NCBI GenBank assembly: GCA_000383715.1
Contig: KB912045.1
Location: 14,801-78,800 of the forward strand
DNA length: 64,000 nucleotides
Direction: 5' to 3'
Origin: Verrucomicrobia bacterium SCGC AAA164-E04
Lineage (GTDB): Bacteria; Verrucomicrobiota; Verrucomicrobiia; Limisphaerales; AAA164-E04
How positions within the stretch are numbered: position 1 is the first letter of the stretch; each line of letters begins with the position of its first letter. Made by a program: the position numbers and the translations under genes. Below, piece after piece: positions 27,442-37,863 of this stretch. The notes beneath the pieces were generated by a model. The model saw only the letters and a list, made by a program, of their open reading frames with translations, searched no databases and was not told where the DNA came from.

Positions 27442-28617
27442 TTAACCTTTTTGAAGGAATTTCGCTACGCGATCCATAGCCATCTCGATCTGAGCCATGG
27501 ATGTCGCAAAACAACACCTCAGAAACCCCTCTCCACTTTTCCCAAACGCTGTACCGGGAACGCAAGCCACTTTGGTTTCTTTTAACAACTTAACTGCAAA
27601 TTCTGTGGAAGACAATCCTGTGCTTTGAATCGAGGGAAATGCATAGAAACTCCCGCGCGGCAAATGGCAGGTCAAACCCATTTCATTCAAGGCATGCACG
27701 ATGTAATTGCGCCTTGCCAAGTAATGCTCCCGCATCGCCATTGCCTCATCAAAACCGTGATCAAGTGCCTCGATAGCCGCTTCCTGACTAGTGATCCCGG
27801 CACAAAGCATGCAATATTGATGAATCCTCAACATGGCATCCAAAAGGTATTTGGGAGCACAGGCATATCCTACCCTAAACCCAGTCATTGCAAAAGCCTT
27901 GGAGAACCCGTGCAGGAAAATGGTGCGCTCTCGCATTCCCGGCATGGAAGCAATCGAGACATGGCTGCCTTCATACGTCAATTCGGAATAAATTTCGTCG
28001 CTGATGACCACCAAATCATGATCGACTACAATTTCAGCAATACGCTTCACCTGATCGGCAGACAGAGTTCCTCCAGTCGGGTTTGTTGGAAAATTAAGAA
28101 TCACTGCCTTGGTTTTGGGAGTAATGACTTTTTTCAATGCTTCGGGATCAAGCGCAAAGGCATTCGAAGACTCGCATTTCACAGGGACAGCAACTCCATG
28201 GGCCATGGCAATGGAAGGAGCATAACTCACATAGCAGGGTTCATGATAAATGATCTCATCACCTGGATCAATCAATGCACGCAGCGCAATATCCAACGCT
28301 TCACTGACTCCTACGGTGACCAGAATTTCATCATTCGGATCATAGGATACTTGAAAATGTTCATTGACGTAGCGTGCAATGGATTGTCTGAGTTGGATCA
28401 ATCCAGAATTGGAAGTATAAGAGGTATGCCCTCTCTCCAACGAATAAATAGCCGCTTCCCTGATTTTCCAGGGAGTCACAAAATCAGGTTCACCCACTCC
28501 CAGAGAAATGATATCGGGCACACCCTGCACTAATTCAAAGAAATCACGGATCCCTGAGCGAGGAATATTCTCGACCTGCCGGGCCACGGGTGAAGTTTTT
28601 CTTGATTGATCAACCAT
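27442..28617 (-). CDS. pyridoxal-phosphate-dependent aminotransferase, class I/II (aspartate/aromatic type)
   Basis: SGIRDFF, LGVGEPDFVTPW, NPTGG, and the PLP-lysine block FSKAFAMTGFRVGY. Confidence 0.9.
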   Translation of the reverse strand: MVDQSRKTSPVARQVENIPRSGIRDFFELVQGVPDIISLGVGEPDFVTPWKIREAAIYSLERGHTSYTSNSGLIQLRQSIARYVNEHFQVSYDPNDEILVTVGVSEALDIALRALIDPGDEIIYHEPCYVSYAPSIAMAHGVAVPVKCESSNAFALDPEALKKVITPKTKAVILNFPTNPTGGTLSADQVKRIAEIVVDHDLVVISDEIYSELTYEGSHVSIASMPGMRERTIFLHGFSKAFAMTGFRVGYACAPKYLLDAMLRIHQYCMLCAGITSQEAAIEALDHGFDEAMAMREHYLARRNYIVHALNEMGLTCHLPRGSFYAFPSIQSTGLSSTEFAVKLLKETKVACVPGTAFGKSGEGFLRCCFATSMAQIEMAMDRVAKFLQKG

Positions 28618-28684
28618 AGCAGGGAGGAAAGACTTCCCAAAGCGTGTTAAAGAACCGGGTTTGCGAAATGTAATTGCGTGCTAA

Positions 28685-29974
28685 TCAAGCGGCTTCAGCG
28701 CTCTTTGGCTTAAGACGAAACCTGGGTTTGCTTTTGCCCTCTACCGCCGCACGAGTGATTTTCACTCCCTCAATGTCATCACGGCTAGGGGCTTCATACA
28801 TGACATCCAGCATTAATTTCTCCAGCATGCCACGCAAGGCACGCGCGCCTGTTCCCTTCTTGATAGCCTGGCGAGCAAGTGCTTTCAAGGCGTCTGAGGT
28901 GAAGTCTAGATTCACATTCTCGAGGGCAAGTAACTTGGCGTACTGTTTGGTCAAGGCGTTGCGTGTTTTTGTAAGAATGGCCACCAACTGATCCTCGGAC
29001 AGCTCTTCAAGGACTGTGTTCATGGGCACACGCCCGATGAATTCAGGAATGAAACCGTAGGAAACCAGATCTTCCGGCTCCATGGCATGAAATATTGCAT
29101 TTTTCTTTGCCCCATCCTTGGCTGCATCTTGATTGGCCTCACGGTGAAAACCCATTTTGCCGCTGCCTACACGACGTTCCACAATCTTATCCAACCCAAC
29201 AAAAGCCCCTCCGCAAATAAAGAGGATATTCTTTGTATTGACCTGAATATATTCTTGTTGAGGATGCTTGCGGCCACCCTGTGGCGGAACATTACAGGTA
29301 GTTCCTTCCATAATTTTCAAAAGAGCCTGCTGCACCCCCTCGCCTGAAACATCACGGGTGATGGAAACATTTTCTGTTTTTCTGGCTATTTTGTCGATTT
29401 CATCGACATAAATAATTCCCATTTCAGCACTCTTGACATCAAACTCGGCGCTTTGCAACAAGCGGAGGATGATGTTTTCCACATCCTCCCCAACATAACC
29501 CGCTTCTGTTAAACTTGTTGCATCTACCATAGCGTAAGGAACGTCCAGTGCCTTTGCTAGCGTGCTTGCAAGAAGCGTTTTCCCAGATCCAGTGGGGCCC
29601 ACCATGAGGATATTGCTTTTTTCAATAGTAACATCCTGGAGCATGCTTTCTGGATCCAGTTGGCCCGAATCACCTTCCACCTCAGCCTGTATGCGCTTGT
29701 AGTGGTTATGAACAGCCACTGCCAAAGTTTTCTTGGCTTCGTCCTGGCCCACACAGTATTCGTCCAGAATTTCTTTCAGTTCCTTAGGACGCAGTAAATT
29801 GAGCTTAGCCGAAGTCGATTTTGTATCACTGCGAAATTCTTTGTCCAGGACACTCTTGCAAACAAGCACACATGCATCACATATGTAGACTTGCGGTCCG
29901 GCAATCAGTTTGCGCACTTCTGAGTGGGATTTCCCACAGAAGCTGCACATCGTTAGTTGTGTTGGGCGCGCCAT
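28685..29974 (-). CDS. clpX: ATP-dependent Clp protease ATP-binding subunit ClpX
   Basis: N-terminal zinc finger CSFCGK...YICDACV, Walker [39 protein letters not shown]. Confidence 0.97.
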   Translation of the reverse strand: MARPTQLTMCSFCGKSHSEVRKLIAGPQVYICDACVLVCKSVLDKEFRSDTKSTSAKLNLLRPKELKEILDEYCVGQDEAKKTLAVAVHNHYKRIQAEVEGDSGQLDPESMLQDVTIEKSNILMVGPTGSGKTLLASTLAKALDVPYAMVDATSLTEAGYVGEDVENIILRLLQSAEFDVKSAEMGIIYVDEIDKIARKTENVSITRDVSGEGVQQALLKIMEGTTCNVPPQGGRKHPQQEYIQVNTKNILFICGGAFVGLDKIVERRVGSGKMGFHREANQDAAKDGAKKNAIFHAMEPEDLVSYGFIPEFIGRVPMNTVLEELSEDQLVAILTKTRNALTKQYAKLLALENVNLDFTSDALKALARQAIKKGTGARALRGMLEKLMLDVMYEAPSRDDIEGVKITRAAVEGKSKPRFRLKPKSAEAA

Positions 29975-29979
29975 GACGA

Positions 29980-30624
29980 TCAGGGTTTGCTAGATTCCGA
30001 TTTAGAATCAGCCACCTCTTTTTGTGATTTGACGACCTCATCCACCAATCCATATTTCTTGGCTTCCTCTGCGCTCATATAGTTATCACGGTCACAATCT
30101 TTCTCAACCTGATCTCGCTCCTGTCCTGTGTGAAAGGAAATAATGTCATTTAATCTGGATTTTAAACTCAGCATATAATTGACTCGGATTTCTACATCCG
30201 AAGCCTGTCCCTGAGCTCCGCCAAGCACTTGATGAATCATGATGTTGGCGTTGGGGAGTGCAAATCTTTTCCCCTTGGTCCCTCCGCAAAGCAAGACAGC
30301 TCCCATACTGGCCGCTTGTCCTATGCAGTAGGTGTTCACATCACAAGTCATAAACTGCATCGTGTCATATATGGCCAAACCTGCGGTGACGCTCCCCCCC
30401 GGCGAGTTGATATACAGGTGAATGTCCTTCTTGGGGTCTGCGTTTTGAAGGAACAATAGCTGTGCTATTATGACATTGGCTACCTGATCATCCACGGGAG
30501 TCCCTAGAAAAATAATACGATCCTTGAGCAGCCGTGAGTATATGTCATAACCACGTTCTCCACGCCCCGTTTCTTCGACCACGTATGGCACCAAGTAATT
30601 AAACATGTTTTTTTGAACTTCCAT
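29980..30624 (-). CDS. clpP: ATP-dependent Clp protease proteolytic subunit
   Basis: [26 protein letters not shown], catalytic-Ser context [15 protein letters not shown]. Lies 5 nt upstream of clpX. Confidence 0.97.
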   Translation of the reverse strand: MEVQKNMFNYLVPYVVEETGRGERGYDIYSRLLKDRIIFLGTPVDDQVANVIIAQLLFLQNADPKKDIHLYINSPGGSVTAGLAIYDTMQFMTCDVNTYCIGQAASMGAVLLCGGTKGKRFALPNANIMIHQVLGGAQGQASDVEIRVNYMLSLKSRLNDIISFHTGQERDQVEKDCDRDNYMSAEEAKKYGLVDEVVKSQKEVADSKSESSKP

Positions 30625-30660
30625 TCTTAGTTGGCAACCTACCCAAGCACATGCACTGCG

Positions 30661-31623
30661 TCAAGATTGGTTCTGGATTTGGAAAAAATCAGAATGGACG
30701 TTGCCACCGCTGAAAACAAGGCCAACACGCTGTCCTTGGTGCAACGCTCGAAATTCTTCACTGAATACTGCAGCGAGAGCAACAGCTCCGCTGGGTTCTA
30801 CCAACTGTTTCATCCGTTCCCATACAAATCGGGTTGCATGTAAAATTTCATCTTCCCGAACCGTCACAATCCTGTCCACTGACTGCTTGATAATTGACCA
30901 ATTCAATTCCCCAAGACCCGTTTGCAATCCATCTGCAATGGTTTGCGGATCTAGTTGTGGCTGACGTTCACCTGAAGCCAAGGATCGAGCTGCATCATCT
31001 GCTCCAAGCGGCTCGGCACCATATACCTGTATTCCCGGACTCATGGATTTAGCGCAGAGTGCGATTCCGGCGAGCAATCCACCGCCACCGACTGGTGCGA
31101 CCAGCACGTCCAAATCAGCAACTTGATTTAATAATTCCAAAGCGACGGTTCCCTGCCCCTCGATAATATGCGGATGGTCAAAGGGGTGAATGTAGTAAGC
31201 TCCGGTTTTAATTTGAAAATCAATCAAAGCTTTTTCGCGTTGATGTTGCACATTACCGCAAGAGTAAATGGTTGCCCCGTATGATTTCACAGCCTCCTTT
31301 TTGATGTAAGAGGCTGTTTCTGGCATGACAATGTATACTTTTGAGCGAAACAATTGCCCTGCCAAGGCCAGCGCTTGTCCATGATTACCGGAACTTACGG
31401 TGATCAATCCTTGATCTAGTTGTTCTCGACTTAGCTGAGACACTGCATTGAAAGCGCCTCGAAATTTGAATGCTCCGACCTTCTGCAAATGCTCCCCTTT
31501 GCAAAACAAGTCATTACCTGCAAGTTGGTTAATGGATTCGGACCTCAGCACAGGCGTGTAGTGCGCATGCGTTCGAATTCGTTCGGCTGCTCGTTGGATG
31601 TCCTTAAGCGTGAGTTCTTTCAT
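30661..31623 (-). CDS. PLP-dependent serine/threonine dehydratase family protein (short, no ACT domain)
   Basis: PLP-lysine motif KVGAFKFRGAFN, SSGNHGQALALAG, glycine loop VAPVGGGGLLAG. Confidence 0.85.
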   Translation of the reverse strand: MKELTLKDIQRAAERIRTHAHYTPVLRSESINQLAGNDLFCKGEHLQKVGAFKFRGAFNAVSQLSREQLDQGLITVSSGNHGQALALAGQLFRSKVYIVMPETASYIKKEAVKSYGATIYSCGNVQHQREKALIDFQIKTGAYYIHPFDHPHIIEGQGTVALELLNQVADLDVLVAPVGGGGLLAGIALCAKSMSPGIQVYGAEPLGADDAARSLASGERQPQLDPQTIADGLQTGLGELNWSIIKQSVDRIVTVREDEILHATRFVWERMKQLVEPSGAVALAAVFSEEFRALHQGQRVGLVFSGGNVHSDFFQIQNQS

Positions 31624-31656
31624 TCTTGGATTGCCGATTGATCAAGCTGAAATTTT

Positions 31657-33447
31657 CTACCATTGCATCGAACTTCCATTAATGCGGGGATCTGACGCTC
31701 CCTTGAAGGTTTGACTCTGACTCATACGCTGCACCGCCTGAGCGGCACCTATTTGATTCACAACATGTACCTCATGCCCCTTATTTTTCAATGCCTGGAC
31801 CACTGATGATGGCCAGGATGCTTCCAGAACGACTCGATCAGGTTTCCATTGGTGATGGAATCTTGGATGTGCCAAAGCTTCTTCGACCCCCAATCCAAAA
31901 TCCAATATGAGCAGGAGATGAACCAGTGTTTGACTTATAATGGTGGGCCCTCCGGCGGCACCGACTGACAGGACAGGCTCACCGCTCTTTAACACCAGAG
32001 TTGGACTCATGCTACTCAAGGGGCGTTTCCCTGGTTGGACAGCATTTGCTTCACTTCCCAGCAAACCGAAAAAATTTGCTTTACCCGGCTGAGCTGAAAA
32101 ATCATCCATCTCGTTGTTAAGCACAATCCCTCTTCCAGGGATCATAACCTTGGAACCCAGGGTTGTGTTGACCGTCGCTGTGCATGCGACCCAGTAACCT
32201 TCCTGATCCGCAGCACTGTAATGTGTGGTGTGACTTCCAAACAAAGCTTTATCCGCATGCGGGGGTGTTCCATGCCGGGTTACCTTTGAGGCTTGGCTTG
32301 GGTCAATATCTTCAGCTAATGACTTGGCGTAATTGTCACTTATCAAACCTAAGGGCACGTTTGCGTAGTCACTGTCACCCAGCCAAAAAGCTCGATCAGC
32401 AAAGGCTCGTTTCATGGCCTCAATGACCAAATGGATCCACTCTGCAGAATGACGGTCCATGGATGGAATATCAAAGAATTCCAATATCTTCAGAATCTGA
32501 GCGACGTGTATGCCCCCGGAGCTAGGAGGAGGGAAACCTGCAATCTCAAATTCTCGATACATCGATCTTACTGGAGTGCGAAACTTGGTTTGATAACGAG
32601 CCATGTCCGATTGGGTAAGAATCCCTCCATGATCGCGCATCCACTCCGCCAAAGAAACCGCAATAGGCCCGTTGTAGAATGCTGAGATGCCATCGCTGGC
32701 AATGAGCCGGTAGGATTCTGCCAACTGCGGTTGAACGAAAGTATCCCCCACCTGAAAAGGGTTGAGTTTAGCATCAAGGTAAACAGATTGAATTTCTGGA
32801 AATTCCCTGAGAGTCTGCACAACAGATGCTACCCGTCCGTAGAAAGTCTGATTCACAGGGAAACCAGACTCAGCAATTTCTGCTGCTGGCAGTAACAAAT
32901 CAGCTAGTTTGAGCTTTCCATAACGCCTCAGGGCGGTGTCGAATGTAGCTAATGCTCCTGGAACTCCCACAGCAAGCGCCCCTTTCTGCGACAAATCGGA
33001 AACAGCTTGCCCATCCCTTAGATACATGTCGCGATGAGCTCTTTCAGGCGCAGTCTCTCGGCCATCCAATGCTACTAATTCTCCTCGGGGAGTACGAATC
33101 AACATGAAGCAACCACCTCCAGTACCGGAATTGAAACCATCGACTACCCCTAATGTTAAACCGATCGCCACTGCGGCGTCGACTGCATTCCCTCCTCGAT
33201 CAAGTGCATTTATTCCAGCTTGAGCGGCAAGTTCATGGCCAGCTGCGACGGCGCCTCGCTTTCCTGCAGAACCATTGGATGGCAAGCTTACCAACAATAT
33301 AACAAACCAATAAAAAAGGATTCTGAATGAAAAGATTAACCCAATTTGGCTGTGGATGCTTGGCTTGTTTCGTTGATCACCAGTTTGAAATGGATATACA
33401 TACGCTGGACGTGCTGCCCATTGTGTTTTCATGAATCGATCATACAT
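31657..33447 (-). CDS. ggt: gamma-glutamyltransferase
   Basis: GNAVDAAVA, GGGCFMLI, autoprocessing/nucleophile Thr context GSHTTHYSAAD, NNEMDDFS, PLSSMSPT. Confidence 0.9.
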   Translation of the reverse strand: MYDRFMKTQWAARPAYVYPFQTGDQRNKPSIHSQIGLIFSFRILFYWFVILLVSLPSNGSAGKRGAVAAGHELAAQAGINALDRGGNAVDAAVAIGLTLGVVDGFNSGTGGGCFMLIRTPRGELVALDGRETAPERAHRDMYLRDGQAVSDLSQKGALAVGVPGALATFDTALRRYGKLKLADLLLPAAEIAESGFPVNQTFYGRVASVVQTLREFPEIQSVYLDAKLNPFQVGDTFVQPQLAESYRLIASDGISAFYNGPIAVSLAEWMRDHGGILTQSDMARYQTKFRTPVRSMYREFEIAGFPPPSSGGIHVAQILKILEFFDIPSMDRHSAEWIHLVIEAMKRAFADRAFWLGDSDYANVPLGLISDNYAKSLAEDIDPSQASKVTRHGTPPHADKALFGSHTTHYSAADQEGYWVACTATVNTTLGSKVMIPGRGIVLNNEMDDFSAQPGKANFFGLLGSEANAVQPGKRPLSSMSPTLVLKSGEPVLSVGAAGGPTIISQTLVHLLLILDFGLGVEEALAHPRFHHQWKPDRVVLEASWPSSVVQALKNKGHEVHVVNQIGAAQAVQRMSQSQTFKGASDPRINGSSMQW

Positions 33448-33980
33448 TGTTAAAATTATTTAATCCAAAATAAATCAAGCCTAACCATTGTGTGTTCAGG
33501 GGTAAAAACCAGATCCACTGCTTGCAGAAATATGCAAAAACATTCATGGCCCTCAAAATCTAGATGTGATGACGTCCATTCGAGGTTACTGGTTTATTAC
33601 TGGTGAAAACAGCAACAAAACTTGCGGTCATCCTGCGTGATATATCTGGTCTAATCAAATCATCTCTTGACCCTTTACAATCGCACTGTTGGCTAAAACT
33701 TAGCCCTTTAGCCCCATGAGGATTAAAGGGGATATCAACAGACCCAGGTTACCTGGCTGCCGTCATCTCAAAACTTGCTAATCAAGTTTGCGATCGAACC
33801 TATCCATACTTTTCTCTCAAGCACGAAAAAAAATGTCGCCACGAATTTCATGATGTCGAAATACCACAGGGAAATGTATGTCCGGGTTGGCCAGCAAAAC
33901 AAGATGGATTGATAAGGCCTTGTCCGCTCCGCTAATGCCATGCGACTCTCAGGCAAAGCCAACATGATGACATCGATTCA

Positions 33981-34009
33981 TTGACAATCAGTTTCTACTC
34001 TTCATATTT
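33981..34009 (+). promoter_or_regulatory. sigma-70-like promoter candidate for the exonuclease-ligase pair
   Basis: TTGACA (33981-33986), a 16-17 nt spacer, then cATATTt. About 50 nt upstream of ATG 34057. By-eye match only. Confidence 0.3.
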
Positions 34010-34056
34010 GTGCTCAATCAGCTCAATCATTTCTTTATGAAAACCATGCCAAATAG

Positions 34057-35061
34057 ATGTTGATCCGGCCCACTCCATCTGGATTGTATTGTGAACAAGG
34101 TGATTTTTACATCGATCCGAAGCGAAAGGTCAATCGAGCTGTCATCACCCACGCTCATTCTGATCACGCGCGTCGAGGTTCCGAACAGTATCTATGCAGC
34201 AAACCATGTGAACCGCTCCTCAGATTGAGACTTGGTAAAAATATTTCCCTGCAGGCACTGGAATATGGGGCTTCCACATCCATTTCTGGTGTCATTATAT
34301 CATTTCACCCAGCGGGACATATTTTGGGATCTGCGCAAATAAGGGTAGAATACAAAGGGGAAGTTTGGGTGGTGAGCGGAGACTACAAAACATATCCAGA
34401 TCCGACCTGTGCTCCATTTGAGCCCTTGCGCTGCCATACCTTCATTTCAGAATGCACTTTTGGATATCCCATTTATCGATGGCCAGACCCCAATCACGAA
34501 TGGAATCACCTGAAAAAATGGTGGAAAACAAACCGTGAGGCAGGGTTGAGCAGCGTCATCAATGCTTATTCCCTTGGAAAAGCCCAACGTGTATTGAATG
34601 CACTGAAGGATTCCGAGCAGACTATTTTGGTTCATTCAGCCATCCTGAGTTTTTTACCATTTTACATATCCGAGGGCGTTTTATTTCCTGAAGTAATGGA
34701 AGCTACACCCGAGAACGTCATGCGCTACCGGGACGAATCCCTGATCATCAGTCCTCCTTCAAGCAGGATGGAAAAAAGTCTGGGAGATCCATGCTCCTGG
34801 CAATCCTTGGATGTTTCCGGGTGGGCTCAAATCCGCAGTCAAAAAAGAAAAAAAAACTTACCCAATGGATTGATTGTTTCAGATCATGCTGACTGGGAAG
34901 GTCTTTGTCAGGCTATTCGAGCAACCGAGGCAGAACATACCTTCCTGACCCATGGGGATGGCTCTGTTCTATCCCGATGGCTAACTGAAAAAGGTTTATC
35001 TGTATCTCAACTGCCTGAAAAAATTCCTGCCTCCTCCTTGTATGCGTCTCAAATCATCTAA
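34057..35061 (+). CDS. ligase-associated DNA damage response exonuclease (MBL / beta-CASP fold)
   Basis: MLIRPTPSGLYCEQGDFYIDP...AVITHAHSDHARRG (HxHxDH). About 334 aa. Sits immediately upstream of an ATP-dependent-ligase homologue, as in the ligase-associated damage-response cluster. Confidence 0.8.
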   Translation: MLIRPTPSGLYCEQGDFYIDPKRKVNRAVITHAHSDHARRGSEQYLCSKPCEPLLRLRLGKNISLQALEYGASTSISGVIISFHPAGHILGSAQIRVEYKGEVWVVSGDYKTYPDPTCAPFEPLRCHTFISECTFGYPIYRWPDPNHEWNHLKKWWKTNREAGLSSVINAYSLGKAQRVLNALKDSEQTILVHSAILSFLPFYISEGVLFPEVMEATPENVMRYRDESLIISPPSSRMEKSLGDPCSWQSLDVSGWAQIRSQKRKKNLPNGLIVSDHADWEGLCQAIRATEAEHTFLTHGDGSVLSRWLTEKGLSVSQLPEKIPASSLYASQII

Positions 35062-35079
35062 CTTAGAGGAACCTCACGC

Positions 35080-36777
35080 ATGCAACGTTTACAACAATTG
35101 ATTGAAAACCTTGATACCGCCGCTAGTGACGCTATCAAGCTTCAAGAGTTGAAATCCTATTTAAGTTCAATCCCCCCCGAGGATGCTGCTTGGGCCTTGT
35201 TCTTTTTTGAAAATAGAAGACTAAAAACCAAGACAGGCCTGAGATTATTGAAAGAGGTCATTGAATCACAAACTTGCTTCCCCGATTGGGTCATCCAAGC
35301 TTGTAATGAGCGTGTTAAAGACACTCCGGAAACGTTGGCCTTACTCTTTGCAAGTAAGGGTGGCAGATGCGAAATAAGCCTTTCCACACTGGTAATCCAG
35401 TTTCTGCAGCCACTCTCTGGATTTACCCGGCTTTCTAAAAAAGAAACAATTCGCTGTGCATGGGAAATGCTTAGCACTACACAACGTGTCCTTTTCAATA
35501 AAATGATCCTTGGCGGGTTCCAATTAGGCGCGCAAAAGTCGCTTATCCATGAAGCACTTTCTAAGATTTCGGGAATTCCCAGGAGTGTCATATCCCGACG
35601 CCTCATTGAAGATTGGCAACCAAGTGCAACCTGGTTTCAAAGCTTTATTGAACCAGATCCTGAAATAGATGCAGCCATGACGCCATGTCAATTTGAGCCT
35701 GTTGTCGTTTCAGAAGTGCCACCTGACAAATTGGATTTTACTCTTGGGCTGGAAGCAGCTTTCGCTTTTGATGGAGCTCGTGTACAGGGCATCAAGCGAC
35801 GGGAAGTTTCAACTATTTGGTCAGAGGAGCTGATCCCTTTGAACCTCTGTTTTCCTGAGCTAATTCGTGGCCTTTCACTCTTGCCATCCGGAACGGTATT
35901 GGAAGGCCTCATCGTTGGTTGGGATGATGATCTTCCGCCCCCACGTGAAAACGTCCAAAAGCGATTAAAAGTCAAAACCGCTACTCAGAAAACAATTCAA
36001 TCGGCTCCTGTACAGTTCCTTGTATTCGACATCATTGAACGTCATGGCATCAATTTAAGTCATTGCCCTTTCGCTCAGCGCAGGGTTGAGGTGAAGCAGG
36101 TAATGGATGAATGGTCCCATCAATGGAGCATCCACGGTAACAAGTCAGAGATAGAGGACGTTAACCCAGATTTCTTTCAGCAGGAAATGTTCGACATGTC
36201 CACCGTTCTGAAGACTGAGTCGGAAAAGTCGATTTTACCCCCGCCCATGAGCCTTTCCAGATTTTTCAAATGCAATAATTGGGCAAGTCTTGAAGGTAAG
36301 TTAAATATTTGCCGTGACAAACATGCCACTGGCCTTTTGTGCATCCCGGTGGATCCAAAGGATTACCCTCATTCAGATGAAAACAGATGGAGACTGCTCA
36401 AACCCGCATCATGCAGGGCGCGACTGGCATTGTTAAGTGCTGAACGCCTGCCTGGAAATCAAACTCACTTCATTCGATTCACCTTTGGAGCATGGCTCAA
36501 TGATTCTTTGGTTTCAGTTGCAGTTATTGGCACCCAGCATTCAAAAAAAGATTTTGAATCGCTTGGCGAATTTGTTTTGAGAAACACCCTTCAAAAGCAA
36601 GGGAACAATTTTCAGGTCAAACCAGAATTAATTTATGAGATCAGCTTTGAGGACATTCAAGAATCATCACGATCAAAATCCGGCATAAGGCTCAAGAATG
36701 CCCGGTTGTGCAAGCGATTAACAGGAGCCGGAATGAAACAAGCCTCCACAGTGGAAGAAATTAAATCGCTCATCTAG
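35080..36777 (+). CDS. ATP-dependent DNA ligase homologue (bacterial ligase-associated-cluster type) with substituted catalytic motifs
   Basis: Collinear with this ligase family from the N-terminal DNA-binding domain through the OB fold. However, motif I reads FAFDGAR (expected KxDGxR), motif III VLEGLIV, motif IV TGLLCI, motif V WRLLK. Confidence 0.8.
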   Translation: MQRLQQLIENLDTAASDAIKLQELKSYLSSIPPEDAAWALFFFENRRLKTKTGLRLLKEVIESQTCFPDWVIQACNERVKDTPETLALLFASKGGRCEISLSTLVIQFLQPLSGFTRLSKKETIRCAWEMLSTTQRVLFNKMILGGFQLGAQKSLIHEALSKISGIPRSVISRRLIEDWQPSATWFQSFIEPDPEIDAAMTPCQFEPVVVSEVPPDKLDFTLGLEAAFAFDGARVQGIKRREVSTIWSEELIPLNLCFPELIRGLSLLPSGTVLEGLIVGWDDDLPPPRENVQKRLKVKTATQKTIQSAPVQFLVFDIIERHGINLSHCPFAQRRVEVKQVMDEWSHQWSIHGNKSEIEDVNPDFFQQEMFDMSTVLKTESEKSILPPPMSLSRFFKCNNWASLEGKLNICRDKHATGLLCIPVDPKDYPHSDENRWRLLKPASCRARLALLSAERLPGNQTHFIRFTFGAWLNDSLVSVAVIGTQHSKKDFESLGEFVLRNTLQKQGNNFQVKPELIYEISFEDIQESSRSKSGIRLKNARLCKRLTGAGMKQASTVEEIKSLI

Positions 36778-37604
36778 AGTAACCCCACTTCCATGAAACA
36801 GGCTCCACCGGCTTTTCCCTGTTCGTCGTATGACCATGTGATGCATATTGTTTTTCCTTCCGGTAATTGAAGGTCAAAAACGATCCTGTCCGATCCATTG
36901 TTGAGCATCGCTTCATGAGCCTGACCGGCGATTTAAATCCCCGCAAGAACGGCTTCTAATTTTTTACCGGCTTCCTTGGGCCATTGTTGTAAGGACAATC
37001 GATAGTGGCCATGAGGGGCGTTGGCGGGCAGATAAAGAAAGAATGGATGTTCCTTGTTGCGTTCGATGAATTTTCTGAATCCACCAAACCAAACATCCGT
37101 GCAATAACCTTCAAACTTTTCATGGGATCCGTTCCTTTCGCAGGCATCATCAAAATAATCATTACCCCAATCATCCGAAGCCTGCCCCACACCGCCGCAA
37201 CGGTGCCAGACAACTTCTTGAAATCCACGGTCCTGCGGACGATGCGGGGCACATTCCCAAAGGTGTCATTTACCAATCATTCCTATGGTGTGGCCGTTTT
37301 CTGAAAACACATCAGCAATCGTGCGCTCATCAGCAGGCATCATAGTCCGCCCTGAACTCGAACGATAAGCCTCCCTGCATCCGAAATAACCACCAGTCAT
37401 TAAGGCAGCCCGTGTAAGAGTGCGGAATGGAATTATTGTGAAGTGGATCAAGGTTGGCAGTTTTGAGATAAGGATTTCCGTGCCAACTCAAGTCTCCACA
37501 ACCTTGATTATCGGTCATGATCAAAATGGCATTGAGCGCATCAGATGAACTCTGAAGCCACAGCAGGCAAACGCATAGTCATGAAAAGAAAAGAAGGTTC
37601 GCAT
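36774..37604 (-). pseudogene. sulfatase remnant (frameshifted, nonsense-interrupted, active-site motif lost, 3' half replaced or deleted)
   Basis: Sulfatase blocks appear in 3 frames: ILIMTDNQGCGDLSWHGNPYLKTANLD; RTLTRAALMTGGY where CxPSRxxLxTG is expected; GHTIGMIGK-TGA-HL (W codon now a stop); WGNDYFDD...HPFFLYLPANAPHG; then an in-frame TAA (36933-36935). Confidence 0.75.
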
Positions 37605-37863
37605 ACTCGAAAACGAGATGTCAGATGATTTGCTGCATCTAAATTCATACGATATCCAGCACCAATAAAATCACATCTGCACATGCTTTGCTGCGGCAAT
37701 GAATACTCCGTATCTGGCGTTGGCCTTCGATGAATGCAATAATCTTTGATTCGAAACCAAGCCCAATACGCCCGAGGTTTCTTTCAAATCAGATCACTCA
37801 CCTTTGAGAGCCTTGATCTTTGGGTTTTATTCGAGATTTAATGTAACATTCTTGCAGAAACCG

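Noticed and set aside
27625-28533. 302-aa plus-strand ORF, and similar long antisense ORFs (3036-3518, 17388-17918, 35157-35606, 40191-40742, 38118-38507, 43009-43290)
   Set aside because: Each lies entirely inside, and antisense to or out of frame with, a CDS that has strong family motifs. Their translations are low-complexity with no recognisable domains. Shadow ORFs.
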